DNA of 57,303 nt, filler included, from Dugesia japonica (GCA_001938525.1; 5 parts of 5 records of this genome joined end to end with filler, not necessarily neighbours in it); one strand, 5' to 3'. Positions 1-12,062 are shown, counted from the first letter of the whole stretch. Numbers and translations are program-made. Notes: a model not told the origin generated them from the sequence alone.

Positions 1-500
1 CCAAAATTGTTAGACGTCAAATAAATGTTAAATTTTGAAAAATAAATATAAAAAGAAATTTTAAATTTAACTTTTCTAGTAGATAAAATAAAAAATAAAT
101 ACCGTTTGAAACAATTATATATTTTTTATTATTTATTTTACATTGATGCAAAAATTAATTATACAAAAGAAATTTCACATAAATTTTCCACAAAATAAAA
201 TTAAGTTTGATACAGTTTTTACAGAATTTTGCAGAAGAATTCTGTTACAATAATATATAATTTTTGAGTAGTTTTCTAAATTTATTTATTTATATAAATA
301 TTTATATTAAAAATATTTGTTTCTAATTCATATCAATTCAAATAACGAGANNNNNNNNNNNNNNNNNNNNNNNNNNNNNNNNNNNNNNNNNNNNNNNNNN
401 NNNNNNNNNNNNNNNNNNNNNNNNNNNNNNNNNNNNNNNNNNNNNNNNNNNNNNNNNNNNNNNNNNNNNNNNNNNNNNNNNNNNNNNNNNNNNNNNNNNN

Positions 501-700
501 AAAGCGAACATTATTTACATCTGTTAGGTAATTCTTCAATTGATGATTTATCTTCAAAATCAGAACAATTAATTCCAGACCTTTTATTTCAAAATCACAA
601 TTGAATAAATATTATAAATTTTTCTGATTTAGAAACTAACAAATCGTGTAACAGTTTATATTGGTTGAAATTTTTTAATTATTTACATTTTATTTATATC
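501..700 (-). mobile_element. 5' leader and gag start of a second family A Gypsy copy
   Basis: 547-700 aligns by eye with 3709-3870 (ttatcttcaaaatcagaacaatta...caaaatca). Encodes SGINCSDFEDK. Confidence 0.7.
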
Positions 701-3700
701 CTCCTTTTAAGAACTTTCTAAGTTTTTGCACATTTCTACAATCTTTTTTCATTTTCTACGTGTACTGCATACCATCTTTCGTGAGTTTTCTTAATTATTC
801 GATAAGGGCCTTCAAATTTGTCTTATTTTATTTCTTTTCTCTACCTTGATGAGGACATAAATTTCTAATTTGAATTCTCTATTAGTAGTCACTTCTGAAA
901 TTCTTTCCTTATTTCTCTATGAAACGTCTGACTCCTAATACTTTTTCCTGCTAATTTTCTTTCTTTCTTTGACATTGTACACATACTTCAAATCTTGGTC
1001 TAGATAACATATCTGCATTTCCATGTTGGATTCTTTTTATATATTCCAACACCATGTCTAGACTACTCAGATAATTAATCCATGTCTGGAATTGTGACGT
1101 AATCGTTTTCTTCGCAGTTATCATGAAAGTTAGAACGTTATAATCTGGTCTAAGAGTAAATCTTCTACCATACAAGTAATGTTTGGAATGCATGCAGAAA
1201 TAATAACAACCAATAATTTCTTTCGTGTGATGGAGTATCCCTTTTCATTGAGTGTGATCCATAGGCACCAACTCTTTCTCTGCCTTATTTATTTCCCTGT
1301 GATAATACTGCTTCAATTGTATCAAAACTGGCATCTGTATCTAATAATATAAATTTTCTGTTTATGTCTGAAAAACACAATATTGGCGCAGTCATTAGAA
1401 CTTTCTTCAAACTCTCAAAAGTATCGTTTATTTCATTTTTCCATTCTTATTTCTTGTTGCTTGGTTCGCTACACGATTGCTCTAAGATTTTTCTTGCGTA
1501 GTTTTCTAAAAACTCTATGAAGTAATTACAAATTTCTAAGAAGCTTCGCAACTTCTTCACGCAGTTAGGCCTACCAAATTTTCTTATTGCTTCTATTTTA
1601 GACGGATCAGTTTTAAAACGATCTCTGCTGATTATGTGCCAAAGAAATTAGATTTCGCTTTGTAGAAACTGACACGTTTCTGGATTAATTGTTAGACTAG
1701 CCATCATTATTTCCGTCAAACTCTTTCAATTACTTGATAGTGGTGATCTTTATTTTAATGAAATCTTAAATGCAATCAATAATTAAGTCCAACAATTATT
1801 CTCACAATAATTGCAATCTTTATTGTTCGTAAATATAAGGATGTCGTCAAGATATATCATGGCTCCTTTAATTCCACCTACCACCTTTGTCATAATTTCC
1901 TGAAATGTTCCCGTTGCCGTTGTGATCCCGAAAGGCATTCTATTAAAACAATATTGTCCATTTTTTCTTTAGATTATTTTTTGAGTTCTACCTGATAGTA
2001 CGCATTTCCCGAATCTATTGAACTGTAATATTTTGCTCCATCTATCGAAAAGGCTTGTATTTTCGTTACTATAATCAATTGCCTGAAATCCAAACATATT
2101 CTTATGTCTTTTTTTTCCTTTTTCCAAACACAAATCAGTGGAGTATTCCATGGCTAGTTACATTTCCATATAATATTATTCTCAAACAGGTTCTGGATAA
2201 CTTCTTCAATTTTAGCTTCTAATTTCATTGGTTGTCTATACCGATTAACATTGATTGGTTCACCACTTATATTTATTTTGTGTTTTATTAGATATGTGAG
2301 TCCTACATCTCATTTATCTGCCATGAAAACATCTTCTTTATTTCCAATTATCTTCAATAAACGTTCATTGTCTTTAATATTCAGAATACTTAAAGCTCTT
2401 GTCTTAAGGCTTTCCCTTTTTAATTTGTCTCCCAAATTTGAATATTACAAATATAACTTTCGACTTTATCATTAGTTTTACTGTTCACTTTTCGTACAAG
2501 CTGGTATCCAAAATTTTCTGCATATCTATTCTTCCAATAAGATCTGGTGTCACTCTTTCTGCAACTAAGAAAGTACCATCTTTGTAAACGACATCAATTG
2601 TCACTCCCAGTCTAACTTTTCTTACAATTTCAATTACTATCGTTTGCACACCGCAATCTTTCATCGCTCCATAACGTAAATTCGAGCCCAGGTGTCTAAA
2701 AGGCATTCAACTTTATTTCCTTGAATTGATACCGTAACACTTGGTCTGCCTTGCAATTTACGGTACAAAATATTTGTTTTCTAATCTGCTTCAATTGTTC
2801 GAACTCATTCTACTTTTCTATCATCCACTAAAGTTTCCTTCTTTAAGAACTTGTATACTTTTTCTGTAACTTTCCCAATATCATCCCACTTTTCGACCCC
2901 TTGAGGATAATTACTTACTTCATTTAACAATAGATAGCTCCAACGAACTCCTCTACCTTTTGGGTACTGGCTTTCGAGTCACTTTCATATACTTCTTCAT
3001 ATCCATCGTTTGTATTGACTTCTTCATCTGCCAATCGCATGTACTCGATTATATCGGTTTTTTTGGCCTCAATTATCAACAAATTTCTGGGTTGTTCATT
3101 TTATTTTCAAATTTGTGTAGCACTCATCTGCTCCATGTTCACCATTTCCACATCTTTTACAGCTCACTTCTTGAAATAATCTTCTAACGTGGCCCACCTT
3201 TCCACAACCAAAACATTTTGTTGATTTTTTTATCTGGGCAAACTCGACTTATATGTCTTTTTTATAACAAGTTCAACATTCTACTACTTTTTTTGTTGGA
3301 AAATTTGCTTTAGTATTAGTAATCTTATGGCATAAGCAACATTCAAAATTTCGTTCTTTGTTTCATGATTCTAAATGTCTACTCACTGTATAATTTACAG
3401 GTTTCTGATAATTGTAACTCTCACGTAACTTCTAACTTCATCAACTTGATCTCTGTTTTTCTCTACTCGATCTAATAACACCATAGTTTCTTCAATTTCT
3501 TCTATATTCTGTTGTTTCCACAAAGTCACTTCTTCTTCAACTTTTTTGTAATCTTAACAATAAACTAGCATCTTTGCTACCAATTTTTCTTTTTATAAAA
3601 TCTTTATTTCTAAATAATCTTTCCACTACATCTTTTAGACTCTTAAAATAAACTTGAATCTCTTCACTTCTATCTGTAATAGAATCAGTATTTACCGCTG

Positions 3701-3870
3701 CCACTATGTTATCTTCAAAATCAGAACAATTAGTTTCAGACATTTTATTTCAAAATCAGAACTCATAATTATTATATTTTTATGAAATAGAAACTTAAAA
3801 ATCATTTAACTTAATTTCAACCATTTCTATTTGTTGAATTTTTTTAATTATTTTTTAATTATTTAAATTT
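700..3870 (-). mobile_element. Degenerate Ty3/Gypsy LTR retrotransposon (family A): gag-protease-RT-RNase H, truncated at about the start of integrase
   Basis: Gag starts MSETNCSDFED at 3743. Several CCHC knuckles (e.g. CFGCGKVGH) lie at ~3120-3350 and a protease-like LDT motif at ~2695. RT has FNRMPFG and YLDD (~1840-1950). RNase H has DTDASFD and HYLYGRRFTLR...HGNADMLSR. Many stops and frameshifts. Confidence 0.9.
1755..1815 (+). mobile_element. 61-bp insertion (3' end of the hammerhead/PLE-associated repeat) with 9-bp TSD
   Basis: Flanked by ATCTTTATT at 1746-1754 and 1816-1824. Removing it restores the Gypsy RT frame YLDDILIFTNNKDHHYQ. The sequence matches 5643-5697 and 31757-31825. Confidence 0.8.
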
Positions 3871-5275
3871 TTATTATAACATTATTAAATAAACTTGTAA
3901 ATAAAACATGTAAACATTACTGTGTAACATTATAAAGAATTCTTTATTCGTATTATCAAACATATTAAACAAATTTAAACGTATAAACAGAACATTTAAA
4001 ATGGTGATAAAAATTGCAACAAATCGAATATGAAGAAATTCTTTAAAAGAAATGAAATAATTAATGTGATAAATGAAAGTGAAATACATTATTAATAAAT
4101 TAATATTTTTTAAATAAATAATTTTACCAAGAATAAATCCATTATTTTTGTTCTTGTAAACTAAAAATTGATCATCTGCAGAAATATTTGTTTTACTAAA
4201 TAGAAATATTTAAAATTTGGTTAAAATTGTTTATTTCAATTACTTATCAGATTCTGAGTAATTCTCTTGTGGTAATTTAGTTTCCTCGTTAATTTTATTT
4301 AATATTTGAAGAAAGCATTTGTGAATATCATTTCTACAAATGAAATATTAAATAAAATTAGTTTTATAAAAGTAAATAAATAAATCTTGTATCAATTTGT
4401 CTAATAAAATGAAAATATATAAAATTAACACTACAACAGACAGTTAATTTAGAAATTATTAAATTTGAATTAATAAATTAAATTAATAAATAAATAAAAT
4501 TTATTCTTCAATATTTTCGAAATCCATTTTTTGTTTAATTAATAAATTTACTATCTTTTAACAAATAGCACAGCCTATTTTTAGTGTATTTATAATTTTG
4601 TTATTATTCCTTAGATTNAATAAAAATAAATCAATAAATAAATAATAAATCAATAATTAATTTAAATAGATTAATTGGGAAAAATCAACAGAAACATGTC
4701 TCACGAAATAATACAATGTAAGTACAATACAAGATGAATAATTTTTGGATTCGAAAAAAAAGAACATTCTTAAGCTGAATATAATAATCTGTCTACTATA
4801 AAATACAACTACTTTAATGCAAAATAAATAAATTAAGTGAGTTCTTTCAAAACTGTCAAAACTCAAACTAATAACATNTAATATCCAATAAACAAGATGC
4901 ATTTCAATTTTCCAAATACATCAATTTACAGTTCCTTAATTACAGACTACGTTAAAACGTTGAAAAGAATATAGGGATAATACCCACAGTTAAGACACTT
5001 AAATTATATTCAGTTGTTTTTAATGTAAAGTGAAATTAGATGATAATTTACCAAAATAAGAAAACTAGTAATATTGTAAATATTATGCCTGAATTATCAA
5101 ACTTAGGCTATGGACTATTAATTTAAATCTATTTAAGTGTAGATATAGTTCTCGGAGATACAAATGACTAAAAGACACAACGCGTTCGAAACAACAACTT
5201 AATAAAAGCCTTAAAGATGACCAAAGCAAGTATCATAAATTAAAAAACATCAAAAGAAAGGAGTGGAATAATATA

Positions 5276-6985
5276 AGTGGGTAGATAGTGCAGCACAATC
5301 AATATTCAATAGCCCCTCCGTGACTTAATGATATTTAATCTTAATGCATTTAGTTGGGAAATTAGAAATTACATCATAAATTACATCATTAGGTAATATT
5401 ATGTCAGGGAGGTTGTTTTTTCTTTGTGTATTTAGTTGGGAAAAATTTTTGCACACAAATTGTTATGAGATTAATTTCTTCTGAAAAATTTTATGTAAAA
5501 GGATTAAGAGAGGTTATTTTTTCCAGTGTATTTAGTTGGGAAAATTTTTGAGGCTTTTTAAACGGCAATACTTTTTAGACTTTTTAATTGGAAAAATATT
5601 TTAGGCTTTTTAAGCAGCAATATTTTTTAGACTTTTTTAATTAACGATTAATGGTTATGTCCAACGATTATTCTCGCAATAATTGCAATTGTAAAAAAAT
5701 TATTATTATTATTCTTTTTTAATTAATATTGGTCTTAAAATTTTCCTTTGACGATTTATTATTTTAAATATTATTTGAATTACCATGAATATTATTATTA
5801 TTTGAAATAATATGAATATTATTATTATTATTACTCCAATTATTATTATTTATTATTGCCTTTATTTGTTATATTAATTAAATTTAATACATTCGAATTG
5901 ATAATAGTGAGTTGAAATTTCCATATCATTTTGCGGATCCGAGTCTAGTCAATTATTGACGATGATTACTGATTGTTTTTAAACAATTGTAATGGTGTAC
6001 ATTCATGACCGGATGTAAACGATTGGAATCACTGCTACTGGAGATGCACATACCGCAATCGAGCTTAGCCTAGTTAAAACTGCTATTGACCAACATTACC
6101 CAAACCACGAATATAATTGACCCATATTTCTTAACCAAGTAAATAATTGATCACAATTACCCAAACCGAGTAAATAATAGACTAAATCTTCCAAAAATTA
6201 ACCATGTTAACCATTCCCGAGGAAATATTTGACCAAATTGACCAAACCTGAGTAAATAATTGATCAAAACGCCCAAAAATTATCTAAACTGACCAATCCC
6301 GAGAAAATTTTCAACCAAATCACACAAAAAAAATTAACCAAGTAAACCAAACCTTAGGAAATTTTCGACCAATTTTACCTGAATCACCCAAAATTACTAA
6401 TTCCTAGGAAATAATGGACCAAATTCATCCGAACTAGCTAAAAATTGACCAAAATAACAATTCCCGAGTAAATTTTCGACCAAATCACCCAAAAATTACC
6501 TAAAACCAACCAAGTTCGACCAAATTGCTCAAACCCGAGGAAGTATTCGACCAAATTCACCTGAGCAAATCAAAAATTGACCTTATTCGACCTCACCAAA
6601 TAAATTCCCAACTAAAAAGCCTGAAAAAATATTGCTGCTTAAAAAGCCTAAAAAATTTTTCCAATTAAAAAAGTCTAAAACATATTGCCGTTTAAAAAGC
6701 CTCAAAAATTTTCCCAACTAAATACACTGGAAAAAATAACCTATCTTAATCCTTTTACATAAAATTTTTCAGAAGAGATTAATCTCATGACATAATTTGT
6801 GTGCAAAAATTTTTCCCAACTAAATACACAGGGAAAAAACAACCTCTCTGACATAATATTACCTAATGATGCAATTTATGATGTAATTTTTAATTTCCCA
6901 ACTAAATGCATTAAGATTAAATTTCATTACGTCACGGAGGGGCTATTGAATGTATACAGAGGCTGTGCTGCACTATCTACCTACT
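5276..6985. mobile_element. Non-autonomous Polinton/Maverick-like DNA element (1710 bp)
   Basis: TIRs of ~365 bp (5276-~5640 and ~6612-6985) with termini AGTGGGTAGATAGTGCAGCAC / GTGCTGCACTATCTACCTACT. 6-bp TSD AATATA at 5270-5275 and 6986-6991. AG...CT ends, a 6-bp TSD and long TIRs are Polinton hallmarks. Confidence 0.8.
6085..6600 (+). repeat. Degenerate strand-biased subterminal repeats (ttgaccaaa / cccgag units) inside the Polinton-like element
   Basis: Recurrent gaccaaa, cccgag and aaattttcgacc motifs on a C/A-rich strand. Confidence 0.7.
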
Positions 6986-7142
6986 AATATATATGTCCAA
7001 ATGAAGACAATGATAATAAATGATTCGTAATTGATGATTGATGGTATTATTATTTGTATTATTATTANNNNNNNNNNNNNNNNNNNNNNNNNNNNNNNNN
7101 NNNNNNNNNNNNNNNNNNNNNNNNNNNNNNNNNNNNATTTTC

Positions 7143-7193
7143 ATAGAGAGTTCAATATTTCGGCTATACCTTCTTCAGGAACTAATACTCTAT
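7143..7193 (-). ncRNA. Minimal type I hammerhead ribozyme (PLE/retrozyme type), copy 1
   Basis: Minus strand reads AUAGAG-uauu-AGUUC CUGAAGA aGGuauagCC GAAAUAUU^GAACU CUCUAU. The CUGANGA/GAAA core is intact, stem I is perfect with a bulged extension, and stem III is a palindromic AUAU. Confidence 0.75.
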
Positions 7194-7481
7194 TCATTCT
7201 GGTTATAAACGTTTAAATAGAAACACAATTTAAATTAATCTGATTAAAATTAATTTTCATTGGTAAATAAANTNTAACATTAAATTTAAAATTTATTGAA
7301 CATTTTCTCGGAAATATTGCATTTCAGAAATTAAAATTTTAAAATTTTCATTTCAAAATTTATATTATAAAAATTAACTTTTCAATTGATCTGTAAATTA
7401 AACAAATATTTTGAAAAACAAATTTCAATAAGTAAAATTCATTTCCAATTGCAAAGAACCAAACGATGTTTTTCTATTTTC

Positions 7482-7530
7482 ATAGAGAGCTCAATATTTC
7501 GGCAATGCATTCTTCAGGAACTTTTGCTCA
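7482..7530 (-). ncRNA. Minimal type I hammerhead ribozyme, copy 2 (339 nt from copy 1)
   Basis: Minus strand reads AGUUC CUGAAGA augcauugcc GAAAUAUU^GAGCU. Stem I is kept by a G-U wobble. It sits in an ~88-bp direct repeat of 7137-7224. Confidence 0.7.
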
Positions 7531-8039
7531 ATTCATTCTGGTTATAAATGTTTAAATAGAAAGTTTATAAACGTTTATAAGTGTCTATGAAATGATAAAA
7601 ATAAATAAATAGTAAAGATAATTGTAAAAATTGCGTTGTTATTTGAAGTAAATAATAATATACCAAATAAAATACCAATATATTTATTTATATGATTTAT
7701 TATTTCAATAANNNNNNNNNNNNNNNNNNNNNNNNNNNNNNNNNNNNNNNNNNNNNNNNNNNNNNGTTTTCAAAAATTTGATTCAAATTTTCGACACCAT
7801 TTTTTATTTCTTTTTCATTCATGTTTCTCATATAATTGAACAATTGTCCAAGAGCTGAAATGAAAATTATTTATTAGTAAAATTAAAATAATTTTTTTTA
7901 ATTTATTAAAATAAAAAATTACGAAAGTTAAAAAATAAAATTACAATTTAATCTAATTAAATAGTTCGAATTATTTTCAAATAATTTTTTTCTTGAACAT
8001 CTTTTGAAAAAAAAATTTGACAAAATTACAAAAGCAATA

Positions 8040-8530
8040 TATTTGTTCCAAATTAAATATTACAAACATGGTACACGTAAATATTGTCAAAATATTGTTA
8101 AAATAATTAAAATAAATTAACCACAATAAACATAAAGAATCGACTTTCTTTGTATATTTAATAAAAACTAATTACTTTTTTTGAAATTATTGGTTTTATT
8201 TTCTTCAGTAATATTGGCCATATCAATAAAATTTTGTCGAATAGGACAACATTGATAAAATATTTCAAGAATNNNNNNNNNNNNNNNNNNNNNNNNNNNN
8301 NNNNNNNNNNNNNNNNNNNNNNNNNNNNNNNNNNNNNNNNNNNNNNNNNNNNNNNNNNNNNNNNNNNNNNNNNNNNNNNNNNNNNNNNNNNNNNNNNNNN
8401 NNNNNNNNNNNNNNNNNNNNNNNNNNNNNNNNNNNNNNNNNNNNNNNNNNNNNNNNNNNNNNNNNNNNNNNNNNNNNTGTTTTGTAGGTACATCTGTCGC
8501 ATTTATTTTTGTCACTCTACAATAAATTAT
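8040..8530 (-). mobile_element. Highly degenerate Penelope-like RT fragment
   Basis: INATDVPT resembles PLE RT 'PIINA.D.PT'. It lies just downstream of the 8622-8659 hammerhead on the same strand. Interrupted by an N gap. Confidence 0.35.
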
Positions 8531-8621
8531 AAAGATTTTTTATAAATCATAAATATTAACTATAAATAATAATTTAATTAAAATAAAGTAATAGCTTCGA
8601 TCAAAATAAACTGTTTTATAG

Positions 8622-8659
8622 ATATTCCAATTTTCGATAATTGTCTTCTTCAGGAATAT
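8622..8659 (-). ncRNA. Hammerhead ribozyme-like motif (G at the cleavage position, probably inactive)
   Basis: Minus strand reads AUAUUC CUGAAGA agacaauuauc GAAAAUUG GAAUAU, with a 6-bp stem I. It is followed by the family motif ttttgatcgaagc. Confidence 0.6.
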
Positions 8660-8944
8660 GATGACTTTTTGATAAATTTACAAAATTGTTTATACTTTAA
8701 AAATATTTTATTGGTTTATTTAAATTATTATTTTATTTTATATTAAATCTAAAATTTTTTAATTAAGTCGAAAAATCATTTAAATGTTTAATTATGTCCA
8801 CTCTGAAATGGTTTCATATATAACAGGAACATTATAAATGATAAAAAACAGTGTAAAACTGAGTAATAAGATAAAGTCATTTTCCAACTAAAGATTTATT
8901 TAGTAAAAATCTGATCAATCAGTCTGTTTCGTTTGTTTGTTATC

Positions 8945-9265
8945 TGGTTAACTTTTTCAAACTTTTTATGTGCTGATAATTTTTAAACTTTTTATTTGGT
9001 AATAATTTCAAGCTTCTTAGTTGATGATTATTTTCAAGCTATTTATTTGGTGATAATTTTTTAGACTTTTAGATTGTGATAGTGTATCAATCAATACCTA
9101 GAGTACTATTTCATTTAAATTAGTTAATCTCATATGATAGAAATATAAGTTCTCTGGTTGATAGTGGTCAGAGATTGGTTCACAATGGTCAGAGATTAGA
9201 CTACAATGCTCATATTTTAGTTGACAGCGTTCAGATTTTTGTTGACAGTACTCAGAGATTGGATG
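8945..9265 (+). repeat. Degenerate minisatellite arrays (~22-bp aattttt-ag-cttttta units, then ~21-bp gttgacagtggtcagagatt units)
   Basis: Visible tandem periodicity. The first array resembles the internal repeats of the Polinton-like TIR at 5540-5640. Confidence 0.55.
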
Positions 9266-9520
9266 GTTATGATTAATTATTTATTCACAAGGGTAGTATT
9301 TTGATGATTTGGGGTAATAGTTTTCTTGGTAAGGGTGATTTGGTCAATTATTTTATTTACATTAGTTAATCTCATATGATAAAATACAAGTCGCTCCCGG
9401 ATATATTACAAATTAGTTGACCTTAATTTATAAAATGTTAATAAATTTTATGTTTTAGAAAAAACGTTAATTTAAATTTAAATTTTCATCGATGAAGTTG
9501 ATTATAATTAATTAGGAAAA

Positions 9521-9890
9521 TTATTGCTTATTTTTAGTATATTTAGTATACAAATTGATAAAACGTTTGAAATCATTTTTGGTGATTTCTAGAATATCTG
9601 TACGTTCTTTATATCTTTCATAGAAATTACTTACAATATCTATGACATTTTCAGGCACTTCAATGGGAATCGGTTCATATAGATTTGTTACATCTAATAA
9701 ACCAAATTCATAATCATTCTTCCAGTCATTATTTTTAATTCGTTCAACAAACTTATAACTTTTTTTCAAACGTGCTGGAATAAAACTTAATAGTGGTCTC
9801 AAACAATCTGTCATAAGTTTGTATAATAAAATAGATGGAATATCAGAAGCATTGACAATAGGTCTTCCTCGCATTGTTGTTACAGTACGT
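9521..9890 (-). mobile_element. Penelope-like element reverse transcriptase fragment
   Basis: GRPIVNASDIP...LLDVTNLYEPIP matches PLE RT motifs RPIV and LDVxSLYTNIP. Confidence 0.8.
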
Positions 9891-9949
9891 AGATGATGGA
9901 ACTCATTCATTACATTTTACTGCTAATAATAATGTTCCCTTTAATAATA

Positions 9950-10022
9950 ATAAATAATAATTAATAATAATANNNNNNNNNNNNNNNNNNNNNNNNNNNN
10001 NNNNNNNNNNNNNNNNNNNNNN

Positions 10023-10083
<61 letters not shown>
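9950..10083. repeat. (AAT)n microsatellite
   Basis: Direct reading; spans an N gap. Confidence 0.95.
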
Positions 10084-10214
10084 TTACCTAATTTAAATGA
10101 GGAGAAAAAACTTCTATTATTATTTCTTGAACGAAACATTTTCATAAAGAAAAATCTTTATGAAATATGTTCAGAATTCTATTCTGAGTTCAAAGATACA
10201 ATAGTTGTAATTGT

Positions 10215-10429
10215 ACGATAAACATCGACCGAAAAATTTTGAACCAAAAATTCGTATTTTCGAATTTCACGAGCAAATATTCGACAAACCAAAATCGAAA
10301 AAATATTTCATGTATTTTTATCGACTAATCAAAATGCTCAAATTTTCAGCAGTCTTTCGGCACAGTTTTTCAGTACACTATAATTTAGATGATGACGTAA
10401 CTGATTTAGTGCACCACTATCTATCTACT
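10215..10429. mobile_element. Solo Polinton-like TIR end
   Basis: Ends GTGCACCACTATCTATCTACT, close to the right terminus of the 5276-6985 element. Preceded by cgacc/aaatttt repeats. Confidence 0.55.
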
Positions 10430-10799
10430 TATATCTACATGTTCTAATTACCTAAATCAAATCCAAGACGTTTCACTCATTTCGAAATCGAGATCTGGTA
10501 AGAAATATCATTCTCATGTATGAAAATTATTAAATCATTATTTTAATTAATCAGATTGTGACTGAAACAAATGTTGATATTAATAATAGCTGTAATATTT
10601 TTATAAAAATAATGAGGAAGAATATGTATGTAAATACTTCATCAAAGATGTATCAATTATTAATTTTGATAAAAATTTTAAATTTCAAATGGAAAATTAA
10701 TTCAAAATCGTTTTTATAATTACTCTAAAATCTATCTTTTGATTTCATCGAAAATTTTAAAATACCGAGTAAAATAACAAATTTCGGTAATTTTTTTTC

Positions 10800-11441
10800 A
10801 TTATTGGTAACGAAAGATGTCTGCTTCCGAAACCACCCGTTTTATTGGAGAATTCGAAGGCTCAAATGAGATTAAGGAAAGCACATCAAGACGGTAGTTC
10901 TTCAAGTTAAACAATGGTTACACAAGCCTTGAACGCGAAACAGGCTCCAATAGACCTTTTTTATAAGAAAAAGACGCCAAGCCAGCATTTGTTGAATTCT
11001 ATCCGTCTTTTATTACACATCCATTGGCAAGTAGATTTGGCTCTTTAAAATCAGCTATTCATCGCCATCTTCGCACAATGAGGAAAAATATGAAGCTCGT
11101 ATAATGNATCCTTATGAACTGATGNAANTTNAGGCGACCAAAAGGCTTCAAATTTATAAAATGTTATTCAAATACCCATTGGACAAACATTGTTTTAAAA
11201 AGATTGTTGCGATGGACAAAAATTGACTATTGTTAAACAATCCCGACAAAAATGGCAATGGCTATCCCCAAATGAATCCCCTATTTTGTATCATAAAATC
11301 CGCCGATTTGAAAACAAGGTGATAATTTCCGTTTCTTGGAATTGTGATGGCACGTTGTTTTTCGAACTTCTGTTAGATGATCAAAGTATAAACTCCGATA
11401 TTTACCCAATACATCTGAAAAGTCATCTTCTTATAAACTAA
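10800..11441 (+). mobile_element. Degenerate mariner transposase relic
   Basis: HTH region (STSRR.FFKLNNGYTSLE), KIVAMDKK (first Asp motif) and KVIISVSWNCDGTLFFELL. Confidence 0.75.
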
Positions 11442-11689
11442 ATTATATAGAATTTATAAATTATATAGAAGAAATAAAAAGTGTAAAAGTTCATTTACAA
11501 GTTGAGTTGAAATATTGAATACAGAAACGATACTAGCAACAAACACGATTTACAAATTTCAATTGTGCGCATGGAACTGTAGTACAAGCATCGGCAATCT
11601 ATGATCCGCGTGACGTCATATTGGGGAGATCAGGCATTATGTGATAAATTGTGAAGAAAGAGAGAGGGGGTCAGGTATCTACCGAAACT

Positions 11690-11962
11690 GCGTGAAATTA
11701 TAATAAGCCGAAATGCATCAAAAACTTAAGGAGCTTTTTAGGGATTTGCAATTGTTACCGCAAATTCATAGAAGGATATGCGGAGAAAAAAGGAATTCTA
11801 GAAAGGATGTGTGGAACGACTAGCAAAAAACTAAACTGGTATCAAATGGCAGAGGAAGCATTCAAGAATTTAAAAATGGCGCTTACTTAAAGCCCAGTTT
11901 TGGGATTCCCGGACCTTACAAAAGATTTTATCCTCGATACAAACGCTAGTTTCCGCGCAATA
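11690..11962 (+). mobile_element. Gypsy RT thumb/RNase H fragment
   Basis: PKCIKNLRSFLGICNCYRKFIEGYA...AFKNLKMALT*SPVLGFPDLTKDFILDTNAS. Ends at an assembly linker. Confidence 0.88.
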
Positions 11963-12062
11963 NNNNNNNNNNNNNNNNNNNNNNNNNNNNNNNNNNNNNN
12001 NNNNNNTTAATTAATTAANNNNNNNNNNNNNNNNNNNNNNNNNNNNNNNNNNNNNNNNNNNN
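11963..12062. other. Artificial assembly linker
   Basis: 44N + TTAATTAATTAA (stops in all six frames) + 44N = 100 bp. Confidence 0.95.

Noticed and set aside
6085-6600. Repeat-spacer-like pattern suggesting CRISPR
   Set aside because: The units are degenerate and irregular, there are no cas genes, and the context is a eukaryotic TE subterminal region.
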